From Terracidiphilus sp. (GTDB lineage: Bacteria; Acidobacteriota; Terriglobia; Terriglobales; Acidobacteriaceae): a stretch of 64,000 nucleotides of DNA. The stretch covers positions 52,936-116,935 of the forward strand of contig DASXFS010000014.1 of NCBI GenBank assembly GCA_036489415.1, read 5' to 3'. The notes under the pieces are model-generated. The model was not told the origin of the DNA. It worked only from the letters and a program-made list of their open reading frames with translations, and ran no database searches. Below, in pieces: positions 18,505 to 27,158 of the stretch; position 1 is the stretch's first letter, and every line of letters begins with the position of its first letter. A program made the translations under genes and the position numbers.

Positions 18505-19992
18505 TCAATGCGCCGGTACCGTACAGTTGCTGCCGGCTGCCCCATCGAGCGGCAGCCGCACAATGAACCGCGTGCTGCCCGGCTCCGACTCCACATCGAT
18601 CGTCCCGCCGAACTTCTGCGTCACAATCCGATGCACAATCTCCAGGCCAAGTCCCGTACCCGAGCCTTGCGGCTTGGTGGTAAAGAAGGCCTCGAAGATG
18701 CGTGGCAGCGCTTCCGGCGCAATGCCCGCGCCGTGATCCTCAATCGAGACCCCCAGCTTCTCCGGCGCGGCTTCGCTGCCGGCTTCAATCCAGGTAGCGA
18801 TTTTGATCTTCCCGTTGGAAGGCGAAGCATCCAGTGCGTTGTCGATCAGATTAGTCCACACCTGGCTCAGCGAAGAACCGCGCGTGCGGATGGTCGAAGG
18901 CCTCGCCGCAAAATCCTTATCAACCTGGATTCCCTTGATCCGCAGCTTGTGTCCCAGAATCGTGAGCGTGCTCTGCAGGCTGTCATGCACGTCCAGTTCT
19001 TTCGCCGGCGACTTTTCATCGTAAGCGAATTTCTTCACCGCCATCACCAGATCGGAGATGCGTGTAATGCTTTCCTCGATGGTGCAGACCAGCGTCACGC
19101 TTGAGACCAGCGCTTCAAGCCAGTTGAGCGCGTCGGAAAAACTGGTCGCGGTGAAAGCATCTTTGGCGCAGGCCAGTTCCTCATGCTTGAAGCCGATGCC
19201 CACCAGAGCCGGGGCAATCGAGAAAGCGTTCTCCACGCCGGCCGCGCCAAGCCACTCGGCCATCGCCTCTTCTGCGTCCGATTGCTCGAGCGTGCTCATC
19301 GCCGGCGCGTGGCAGCCGCTCACCGTGTGTTCCAGCAGTGTGCGCATGCATTCCAATTGCAAGTGCGTTTTCGGCGCATCGCTGAAGCGCAGGCTCAATT
19401 GCTGCAGCCGCAGCAGGTTCAACCGCAGTTGCGAAGACGCGCGTTTGGCCGCCGACCCTGGATTGTGCAGCTCGTGCATCAGGCCCGCCGCCATGGTGCC
19501 CAGCGAAACCAGCTTCTCGCGGTGCAGTGCCTCCACCTGGTAGGTCTGCAAGCGCTGCGCCATGTTGGCCAGCACCACCTTGCGCGCCGCCGGGCAGCAG
19601 GACATCAGCGCCCAGAAGCCTTCCTCGTCAAACTTGATGAGCAGCGAATCCTCAACCGCCAGAATCACAAACGGCGTGTGCGTCCTGCCAATCAGCAGGG
19701 GTGTTTCTCCAAAGCCCTCGCCGCTGCGGGCAAAGCCCACCGTGGTTCGCGACCCATCCGGCTCCGGCCGGTCGGCGCGGGCTTCTCCCTGAAGAACCAC
19801 CCAGTACGCGCGGTCCGTTTCCCATGGTTCCACCAGCACAGAGCCCGCTGCTGCCGTCACCTGTTCCACTGGGCCCATGTTGCCCAGGTCGTCGAAATTG
19901 GTTCCGGCGAATGGAAGTGTCTGCCGCAGGGCTTCGGCAACTTCCTTCAGGGAAACTGTTTTCGTCTGTATTCCTTGTCGGCCCTCGTTCAT
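18505..19992 (-). CDS. Sensor histidine kinase with N-terminal cNMP-binding-like domain
   Basis: GEGFGE in the N-terminal domain; H-box AGLMHELHNP; QVWTNLIDNALDA, DHGAGI, FFTTK..GSGTGLGL. Confidence 0.88.
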   Translation of the reverse strand: MNEGRQGIQTKTVSLKEVAEALRQTLPFAGTNFDDLGNMGPVEQVTAAAGSVLVEPWETDRAYWVVLQGEARADRPEPDGSRTTVGFARSGEGFGETPLLIGRTHTPFVILAVEDSLLIKFDEEGFWALMSCCPAARKVVLANMAQRLQTYQVEALHREKLVSLGTMAAGLMHELHNPGSAAKRASSQLRLNLLRLQQLSLRFSDAPKTHLQLECMRTLLEHTVSGCHAPAMSTLEQSDAEEAMAEWLGAAGVENAFSIAPALVGIGFKHEELACAKDAFTATSFSDALNWLEALVSSVTLVCTIEESITRISDLVMAVKKFAYDEKSPAKELDVHDSLQSTLTILGHKLRIKGIQVDKDFAARPSTIRTRGSSLSQVWTNLIDNALDASPSNGKIKIATWIEAGSEAAPEKLGVSIEDHGAGIAPEALPRIFEAFFTTKPQGSGTGLGLEIVHRIVTQKFGGTIDVESEPGSTRFIVRLPLDGAAGSNCTVPAH

Positions 19993-20004
19993 TTCCCCAT
20001 ATCC

Positions 20005-21657
20005 TTAGAACCCCGCCAAGTACTGGTGCGCAAATTGCACCGCGATCGATCCCTCACCCACCGCCGAAGCCACGCGCTTGATCGATCCATGCCGCACATC
20101 TCCCGCCACAAACACGCCCGGCACGCTCGACTCCAGCAGAAACGGCTCGCGCGGCTCATGCCACCCATCGTGCTGCTTGCCGTCGAAACGCAAATCCGGC
20201 CCTGCCAGCACAAATCCGTTCTCGTCACGCAAAACGCTGGCCGGCAGCCAGGCCGTGCCCGGTGCAGCGCCAATAAACACAAACAGCGACGAGGCCGGCA
20301 CGCGCCGTTCTCCCTCGGGCCCCCGCAACTGCAACGCCTCCAGGCGTTCCTCGCCGAAGGCCTCTACAACCTGGGTCCGGGCCTCCAACACAATATTGGA
20401 TGTTCGAGCGATCTCATCGATCAAGTATTTCGACATAGTGGCCGCCAACCCTGTTCCGCGCACCAGCATGGTTACCTTTGTGGCATAGCGGGCAAAATGC
20501 AGCGCGGCCTGGCCGGCGGAGTTGGCGCCGCCCACCACGAACACCTCTTCGTCCTTGCAACTGACGGCCTCCACCAGCGCCGCTCCGTAGTAAATCCCGC
20601 GGCCGCCCAGCAGCCCCGCGCCGGGAATGTCCAGCTTGCGATAGTGAACGCCCAGCGATAGTAGCACCACGTGGCTTGAAACCTCGCGGCCATCGGCCAG
20701 TTGAATGAACCGGTATTGCCCGTCGATGCGCAGCCCCGTCGCACGCTGCGTAAGGAACTCGGCGCCAAAGCGCGAAGCCTGGATGTGCGCCCGGCGGCCC
20801 AGATCGGCTCCGGTAATGCCGGAAGGGAAGCCGAGATAATTTTCGATCTTGGAACTGGAGCCTGCCTGGCCGCCGGGCGCCTGGGGCTCGATGACCAGCG
20901 TGCGCAGCCCCTCGCTGGCCCCGTACACGGCAGCCGCCAGGCCTGCGGGACCGGCGCCCACCACCACGATGTCATAGAAATCCTGTGCCGCCTGGGTGCT
21001 CAAACCCACCCGTATCGCCAGCTCGGCCGGCTCCGGGTCCACCAGCGCGCTGCCGTCCGGAAACAGCACCACCGGCAGCCGGTCCGCATCCAGTTGCCGC
21101 TCCTTGAGCAGATTCTGCGCGTCCTCGCTGGCGGCAACATCCATCCAGCGATAAGGCACATGATTGCTGGAAAGAAACGTCCGCACCTTGTGGTCCTTGA
21201 GCGACCAGCGATGGCCAATCACGCGCAGACCCTCGAACCGAGGCTGGTAGCCCGCGTGCCAGTCTTCCAGCAGGTCTGAAAGCACCGGATAGAGTTTTTC
21301 CTCCGGCGGGTCCCACGGCTTGTTCAGGTAGTAGTGAATGCGCGCGGAGTTGATCGCGTGGATCGCGGCTTCCGTGTCCGCATAGGCCGTCAGCAGCACG
21401 CGCCGCGAATCGGGATAAAGCTCGCGCGACCGCTCCAGAAACTCAACCCCCGTAATGCCCGGCATCCGCTGGTCGCTGCAGATCAGCGCCACCGGCTCCT
21501 GCCGGCTCTTGAGCTGCGCCAGCGTATCCAACGCCGCCTGTGCGCTGGCAGCGCGCATCACACGATATGTACCTCCGTACTGACGGCGCAGATCCTGCAC
21601 CACGGCTTCGAGCACGTTCACGTCGTCGTCTACCGCCAGCAGGATTGGCCTAGCCAT
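20005..21657 (-). CDS. Response-regulator receiver fused to a thioredoxin-reductase-like FAD oxidoreductase
   Basis: REC (LAVDDD, SDQRMP, LLTAYAD, KPW); GAGPAG, IENYLGFP, VGGANSAGQAA, GVFVAGDVR. Confidence 0.9.
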   Translation of the reverse strand: MARPILLAVDDDVNVLEAVVQDLRRQYGGTYRVMRAASAQAALDTLAQLKSRQEPVALICSDQRMPGITGVEFLERSRELYPDSRRVLLTAYADTEAAIHAINSARIHYYLNKPWDPPEEKLYPVLSDLLEDWHAGYQPRFEGLRVIGHRWSLKDHKVRTFLSSNHVPYRWMDVAASEDAQNLLKERQLDADRLPVVLFPDGSALVDPEPAELAIRVGLSTQAAQDFYDIVVVGAGPAGLAAAVYGASEGLRTLVIEPQAPGGQAGSSSKIENYLGFPSGITGADLGRRAHIQASRFGAEFLTQRATGLRIDGQYRFIQLADGREVSSHVVLLSLGVHYRKLDIPGAGLLGGRGIYYGAALVEAVSCKDEEVFVVGGANSAGQAALHFARYATKVTMLVRGTGLAATMSKYLIDEIARTSNIVLEARTQVVEAFGEERLEALQLRGPEGERRVPASSLFVFIGAAPGTAWLPASVLRDENGFVLAGPDLRFDGKQHDGWHEPREPFLLESSVPGVFVAGDVRHGSIKRVASAVGEGSIAVQFAHQYLAGF

Positions 21658-21687
21658 ATACTCTCAGTTTAGAGCCTGTACTTGACT

Positions 21688-21845
21688 CCAGTGTCCTGAG
21701 TCTGAAGTTCGTTAAAGAAGCCTTCTTTGGTCTTGCATCAGGGCACGACTTCAGTCGTGCCGTAAACACGCCCAAAATCAAATGGGCTTTAGCCCCTGAG
21801 GACCGTTCTTCAAACCACTTCGATTCGCCGAATTGTTCAATGAAC
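21688..21845. mobile_element. Degenerate MITE-like element with the same end family as 11660, enclosing REP-C
   Basis: Left end CCAGTGTCCTGAGTCTGAAGTTCGTT; internal CAGGGCACGACTTCAGTCGTGCCG and GGGCTTTAGCCCCTGAGG; right end reduced to TTCAATGAAC. Confidence 0.5.
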
Positions 21846-22211
21846 GCCCTGGGTGACGGACTTCCGCGTCAAGCACGACTTGAGTCGTCTACCCCCAAAA
21901 GGTGATTGACTCTAACCCTTCATCCGCCTACGGTTGAATTGTTTCATCCTGTACGCAGGTTTCACGTGGTTTCTGATTGAAGGTTGCTGGGGCAAACGGG
22001 CTTTTGAAGATCCAACGGCGGCTGTGGAACAGTAAGTCGTTTCCACTGTCGCAAATGCAGTCAATAGCAAGAGTGTCTGCTTTTTTTGCCGATAGTGCCA
22101 CCAGGGCAGAAACAGTTGCCTGATCTCAAGTCGTCCGCGTCCGGCGGGTAGATTTGGGCACGCAGTACCTTTGTTCGATCCGGAATTTTTGAGGCATATG
22201 AGGCAGACATC

Positions 22212-22895
22212 ATGAACAAGATCATTCTGGCCGATTCACAAGCGATTTTTCGCGCGGGAACGGCCAAAGTGCTGGCGACAGACGAAGACATGCGCATCAT
22301 TGCCCAATGCACCGATCTGGACCGCATGCATCACGCCATCACCACCTTCCCAGGTTCTATTGTTCTGTTCGCGGCCGCGCTGCGGCCTGACCTCACCCGC
22401 CTGCGCATTCTGCTTGAAACCACCGGCAGCCGCGGCATTGTGATCGCGGAAAATAACGACAGCGCTGGAAGCTATCTGCACCAGGGCTTTCGCGGCGTGA
22501 TATTCCGCGGCGTCAACGGGCCTGCGCTGGTGGAGTGCGTGCGCCGCGTGGCCGCCGGAGAAACCTGGATTCCGCCGCAACTCATGCAGCCCGAAGCGCC
22601 GGAAGAGGATATGGTCGGCACCCGCGTCCGCGACCGCCTTACCCCCAAGGAGATGCGCATCGTGGCCCTCATCGTTCAGGGCTGCAAAAATCGCGAAATC
22701 GCCATCCGCCTCAAGACCACCGAGCAGGTTATCAAAAACTACCTGCGCTCCATCTATGACAAGACCGGCGTCAGCGACCGTCTGGAACTGGCCCTGTTCA
22801 CCATCCACCACCGCGTCCTGGCGCAGGCCGCCGCCGAGGTGGGCAGCAAGATTGAGATCGAAGAGCACGCCGCCGCACCCTCCGCCGTCGCCTAA
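22212..22895 (+). CDS. NarL/LuxR-type response regulator with atypical receiver
   Basis: C-terminal LTPKE..IV.L..QG.KNREIA..L.TTEQVIKNYLRSIYDKTGV..R.EL; receiver lacks the phospho-acceptor Asp (IVLFAA). Confidence 0.88.
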   Translation: MNKIILADSQAIFRAGTAKVLATDEDMRIIAQCTDLDRMHHAITTFPGSIVLFAAALRPDLTRLRILLETTGSRGIVIAENNDSAGSYLHQGFRGVIFRGVNGPALVECVRRVAAGETWIPPQLMQPEAPEEDMVGTRVRDRLTPKEMRIVALIVQGCKNREIAIRLKTTEQVIKNYLRSIYDKTGVSDRLELALFTIHHRVLAQAAAEVGSKIEIEEHAAAPSAVA

Positions 22896-22910
22896 GCGGC
22901 AAAGAGTTCC

Positions 22911-23139
22911 TGAGAACCCGTATAAAAACTCGATGCTCGGTGGATTCATCTGCTTTGAAAGGGCACGGCTTCAGCCGTGCCGCAAAATGCCCAATAAAAC
23001 CAGGGGCTTTAGCCCCCGAGGTAATGTATTTTTCAGCCCTTTGCATTCCTTGGCGGCTCAAGCCGCGCCTCATTTTCTGCTTCCTCGGCACGGCTAAGGC
23101 CGTGCCTTTCAAAACTGCGAGTTTTTATACAGGTCCTGA
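22911..23139. mobile_element. MITE-like element (229 bp) with a different TIR family, enclosing an inverted REP-C pair
   Basis: TIR GAACCCGTATAAAAACTCG vs (reverse complement) GGACCTGTATAAAAACTCG, flanked by TGA direct repeats; internal TTTGAAAGGGCACGGCTTCAGCCGTGCCG and CGGCACGGCTAAGGCCGTGCCTTTCAAA. Confidence 0.72.
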
Positions 23140-23295
23140 AAGGGTGGGAAACCCAAGCCTCTTTCGCTCCCATTCAAATTCTGCTCCCCGCTTTGCAGAT
23201 AATTACCCCCGATTGGCGCAAACTGTATTTAGTCCCACCAAAAACAGAACAGGAAAGTGACATTTAACCATTCTTTTGCCCGCTATACTGTCAGC

Positions 23296-23760
23296 ATGAG
23301 AAACAGCGACCTCCGCATCGGTGCGTTCAGACCTCGGGGCATCGTACTTGAAAAAGCGCTTTGGGTACGTACGCTCGTTTGTCTGGCTGTCGTCACGTCT
23401 ATACCGTTCGCCGCAGGTTTTTCCCAACAGGTCGGCAACGGATTGCCCTATCCGCCGCGTGAACCGGGATTGCCGGCGATGAATGAAACTGCGAATCCAA
23501 CCGCCGACGCCAACCGGCTCATGCTCGATTCCATGAAGAAACAGGACGACATGAAGCGCTTTGACGAGATGAATGTGCAGCGCCAGAAAGAAATGACAAC
23601 GGATACGGCAAGATTGCTTGAGTTGGCCCGCGAGTTGAAGACCGAAACAAACGAGCGTGCGCCGGATACGCTTTCAATGCTTGATATCCGCAAGGCCGAG
23701 ATGATTGAAAAACTGGCCCACAACGTTCAACACAAGATGAGGGCGTCCGTTTCCAAGTAA
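23296..23760 (+). CDS. Hypothetical exported helical protein (paralog 1)
   Basis: Hydrophobic N-terminal segment; shares DTA.LL.LA.ELK...DTLS...IRKAE..EKLAH.V...M with the next ORF; start uncertain. Confidence 0.7.
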   Translation: MRNSDLRIGAFRPRGIVLEKALWVRTLVCLAVVTSIPFAAGFSQQVGNGLPYPPREPGLPAMNETANPTADANRLMLDSMKKQDDMKRFDEMNVQRQKEMTTDTARLLELARELKTETNERAPDTLSMLDIRKAEMIEKLAHNVQHKMRASVSK

Positions 23761-23814
23761 CCGCCTTGCCTGCCTCGGTGCGCCGGCTCGCGAATGCTGC
23801 ATTGGGGGTTTGCC

Positions 23815-24240
23815 ATGAGGATACCGTCAAAGTCTCGTTCCTTGTGCTGGCTGGAAAGACAAACGCGTTCCGTGCGAAATTTTGCTTGCCTGGCTGTCTT
23901 TACCTTCGGCTCACTGGTTTCAGCTCAGCAACCCGCTCAGCCCAGCCCCGCTCAGGCCAATCCATCTCAGGTCAGCCCAGTTCAACCACCCGCGACCCCG
24001 GCGCCCGTAACTGCAAATGTGGTCGTGGACCTTTCCAAGCCCGCCACTCCGCAGACTCCGCAACAGAAACAACTCGCGGACGACACGGCGAAGCTGCTAA
24101 CTTTGGCCAGCGAACTGAAGGCAGCGCTCGACAAGAGCAACCAGGACACGCTGTCAATAAGCGTCATCAGGAAGGCCGAGCAGGTTGAAAAACTGGCGCA
24201 TAAAGTTCGGGACGAGATGAAGGCCAGTCTGCCAAATTAG
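23815..24240 (+). CDS. Hypothetical exported helical protein (paralog 2)
   Basis: Signal-like segment, Pro/Gln-rich linker, shared C-terminal domain; start uncertain. Confidence 0.7.
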   Translation: MRIPSKSRSLCWLERQTRSVRNFACLAVFTFGSLVSAQQPAQPSPAQANPSQVSPVQPPATPAPVTANVVVDLSKPATPQTPQQKQLADDTAKLLTLASELKAALDKSNQDTLSISVIRKAEQVEKLAHKVRDEMKASLPN

Positions 24241-24367
24241 CCCCCACCCCCCACCCTTTTCCGGTTTTTCCTGTAAACAATTGAAAATAAAAATGTTACG
24301 TGAAAATAACCCATCGCACGGCATCAAAAACAAAGGGCTTAGCTTTTTTAGCCACCCCGCAGCACGC

Positions 24368-24397
24368 AAAAAAGGCGCGGACAAAAGCCCGCGCCTA
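24368..24397 (-). terminator. Probable terminator of the serS-lolA-like operon
   Basis: AAAAAAGGCGCGG...CCGCGCCT hairpin with a U tract on the minus strand. Confidence 0.55.
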
Positions 24398-24417
24398 TTC
24401 GCTAAATCCCCAAAACG

Positions 24418-25131
24418 CTACTGCGTCCGGTTCACCGTCTGCCTGTTCGTCTTGAATGTAAACGCATCTCTCGGCAGCGACGCATTGAACTTGAAGTTTG
24501 AATACTTGCACACATAGGTGCTCGTCCCGCTCAAGGTAAACACCTGCTTCAGGCTCACCGCGTGATCGGTGTCCAGCCAGATGTCAACTTTGGCGACGTT
24601 CTTCCGCACTTCAGGGTCCTTTGCCACCAGTTCCAGCTTTTCCGTCTTCACTCCGTCCAGTGTTTCCGCGCCCAGATCCGTAATGTTCCACTTAGCCTCA
24701 AGATCCTTGCCGCTGGCGCCGAAGCCGAGAATCACGTAGCTCTCCCACTTTCCGGCCTTGGCAAAGGTAGTCACCTGGTTCACATTGGGCTCAAACAGCT
24801 TGAAGATCCCGCCAATGTAGGTATAAGCCTTCCCCGAGGGCTTCCCGTTGTGCTCGCTCATGTGTACGCCCATGCGCACCGCGTCATTCTTGCGCTCGTA
24901 GTACACCACGCCCTTCTGCATGTCGGTGTCGGGAACCGGATCGGTCTCGATCGTGTCGAACTCGACATCGGCTGAGGTCGAGCGGAAGTTGGCCGCTGAG
25001 ACGTTGAGCCGGTCCAGAACGCTCTTCAGATCATCCTGAGCAGCGGGCGAGGGTGCGGCCAGCGCCGCGCGCGAACCCGCGAACGCCATCGCAAGGCTTG
25101 CGGCAAAAACGAGCTTGACTCTCAGGCGCAT
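24418..25131 (-). CDS. LolA-like outer-membrane lipoprotein carrier/sorting protein
   Basis: Signal peptide; F.S.SAD.EF, KLELVAKD, VDIWLD, C-terminal KFNASLPRDAFTF. Confidence 0.7.
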   Translation of the reverse strand: MRLRVKLVFAASLAMAFAGSRAALAAPSPAAQDDLKSVLDRLNVSAANFRSTSADVEFDTIETDPVPDTDMQKGVVYYERKNDAVRMGVHMSEHNGKPSGKAYTYIGGIFKLFEPNVNQVTTFAKAGKWESYVILGFGASGKDLEAKWNITDLGAETLDGVKTEKLELVAKDPEVRKNVAKVDIWLDTDHAVSLKQVFTLSGTSTYVCKYSNFKFNASLPRDAFTFKTNRQTVNRTQ

Positions 25132-25235
25132 GAATCTCCCCTATTCATTCGACGCGCCAACGCGGCCGGAAGAAGCAATTAAAAGCGAGCAGGTGATTGA
25201 GCGATCAACAGCTAAAAATGGGGCCAAAAGCGCTG

Positions 25236-25661
25236 TCAGCGATGAGCCCATACTTTCCAGGCGCGATTGCCCTGGGCGTCGGTCACGGTTTCCCATTTCT
25301 CCACAACGACCGCATCGCCGGTCACCGGCTCAATCGCCTTGCGCAGAGCCTTCTTGACCACCGCATCCGAGGCTCCCGTGGGTACGTTGGCGTCAGAGAC
25401 CTGCACCGTGATAATCACTCCATGCCCGCCATCGCCAATCACCTGAATGGGATGGATGAGCCCGGCAGCCGTCGAAGGCTTGTCGCCAAAGCTCCAGCCC
25501 GGAATCTGCGGCGAAAGAAAAATGAACAGCAGAATCAGCGTCACCATCACGTCGTAGTGAAAGCTGCCACGAGAGTAGGTCCAATAGAAATAGCTCAGCA
25601 GAACCTGCTTCACGGTCCTGGGTTGCGCATGAGGCACGGCTGAGTTTTGCAAGGTCATCAC
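25236..25661 (-). CDS. Hypothetical membrane protein
   Basis: [26 protein letters not shown] single TM segment; overlaps the serS stop codon. Confidence 0.7.
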   Translation of the reverse strand: MMTLQNSAVPHAQPRTVKQVLLSYFYWTYSRGSFHYDVMVTLILLFIFLSPQIPGWSFGDKPSTAAGLIHPIQVIGDGGHGVIITVQVSDANVPTGASDAVVKKALRKAIEPVTGDAVVVEKWETVTDAQGNRAWKVWAHR

Positions 25662-27064
25662 TGTTCCTTCACTCCACGAGGCTCCTGCACAATCCGTTCC
25701 AGGCCACCCATATAAGGCCGCAGCACCGTTGGAATTAATACCGAGCCATCGGACTGCTGGTAGTTTTCAAGAATGGCCAGCCACGTCCGACCCACCGCCA
25801 GCCCGCTGCCGTTGATGGTATGCACAAACTCCGGCTTGGCCTTCGCGCCCTGCGCTCCCGGCCGGTAGCGGATATTCGCCCGCCGCGCCTGAAACGCCTC
25901 AAAGTTCGAGCACGATGAAATCTCCCGGTAAAGCTGCTGTCCCGGCAGCCAGACTTCCAGATCGAACGTCTTCGCTGAAGAGAATCCCGTATCGCCCGCG
26001 CACAGCAGAACCCGCCGGTATGGCAGACGTAAGGCCTCAAGAATCTCTTCCGCATCGCGTGTCAGCCGCTCGTGTTCGCGGTCGCTTTCCTCAGGCCGCG
26101 TAAACTTCACCAGCTCCACCTTCTGAAACTGGTGCTGGCGAATAATCCCGCGCGTATCCTTGCCCGCCGCTCCAGCCTCAGCACGGAAGCACGGCGTATA
26201 AGCGGTGAACGCAATCGGCAGCCGCGCATCGTCGAGAATCTCGTCGCGATAAAGATTGGTGACCGGCACTTCCGCCGTCGGAATCAGCCAGTGGTCATTA
26301 AACTTTGCCAGCGTCTCGGCCTCCTCCGGATATTGGCCTTTGATGAAGTCATAGACCAATTCGCCGTCCGTTGGTGCATCGGCACACCTAAATAGGTCAT
26401 CAGCAAATTTGGGCAGTTGCCCAGTGCCGAAGAGGGACTTCGAATTGACCATGAACGGTGGGAGTACTTCCCTGTAACCGTGTTTCGTTGTGTGCAAATC
26501 TAGCATGAAGTTGATCAGCGCTCGTTCCAGCCGCGCTCCCGCACCCATATACACCGCAAATCGCGCGCCGCTCAACTTGGCCGCTCGCTCCAGATCCAGA
26601 ATCCCAAGCGCCTCGCCCAGCTCCCAATGCGGCTTCGGTGTAAAGTCCCACGTCCTCTGCGCCGCATCCGCCAGGTGCGTCTTCACCACCACGTTGTCCG
26701 CTTCGGATTTTCCAGCCGGCACTTCATCCCGAGTCAGGTTTGGGACCTCGTACATTGCCAGCAGAAGCCCCGCTGACGCCTCAGTCGCGTCCTTTTCAAG
26801 CTTATCCAGTTCTATCTTGAGCTGCCGCGTCTTCTCCATCACCGACGCGGCCTCCTCGTGCTTGCCGTCTTTCTTCAGCGATCCCACTTCTTGGCTCAAC
26901 TCATTGCGCCATGCCTTAGCTTTCTCCGCCTCTGTAATCGCCGCACGCCTTCGCTGGTCCAGCTCGCGGAAATTTCCCAGTAGTGCCGCAGCAGCGGCTC
27001 CCCGCGCACCCAGCTTCTTCTCCACTAGTTCCAGGTTGTTGATGACAAATTTTAAGTCGAGCAT
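25658..27064 (-). CDS. serS: Serine--tRNA ligase
   Basis: [54 protein letters not shown]. Confidence 0.98.
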   Translation of the reverse strand: MLDLKFVINNLELVEKKLGARGAAAAALLGNFRELDQRRRAAITEAEKAKAWRNELSQEVGSLKKDGKHEEAASVMEKTRQLKIELDKLEKDATEASAGLLLAMYEVPNLTRDEVPAGKSEADNVVVKTHLADAAQRTWDFTPKPHWELGEALGILDLERAAKLSGARFAVYMGAGARLERALINFMLDLHTTKHGYREVLPPFMVNSKSLFGTGQLPKFADDLFRCADAPTDGELVYDFIKGQYPEEAETLAKFNDHWLIPTAEVPVTNLYRDEILDDARLPIAFTAYTPCFRAEAGAAGKDTRGIIRQHQFQKVELVKFTRPEESDREHERLTRDAEEILEALRLPYRRVLLCAGDTGFSSAKTFDLEVWLPGQQLYREISSCSNFEAFQARRANIRYRPGAQGAKAKPEFVHTINGSGLAVGRTWLAILENYQQSDGSVLIPTVLRPYMGGLERIVQEPRGVKEQ

Positions 27065-27158
27065 CGCTCTACCAGTTTACCCGACCGCTCCGGACAGCCT
27101 GCCAGCTAACTTCACCCGCCTCTATAATGAATCCGATCCGCGCCAGGAGTTTTCCCCC

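Noticed and set aside
17680-20661. Long plus-strand ORFs (474 and 492 aa) opposite the GGDEF, kinase and TrxR-like genes
   Set aside because: Shadow ORFs of high-GC coding sequence; Arg/His/Gln-rich with no domain motifs.
26490-27158. N-terminal 223 aa of the 984-aa ORF
   Set aside because: Antisense to serS; RBS, -10 box and signal peptide place the real start at 27159.
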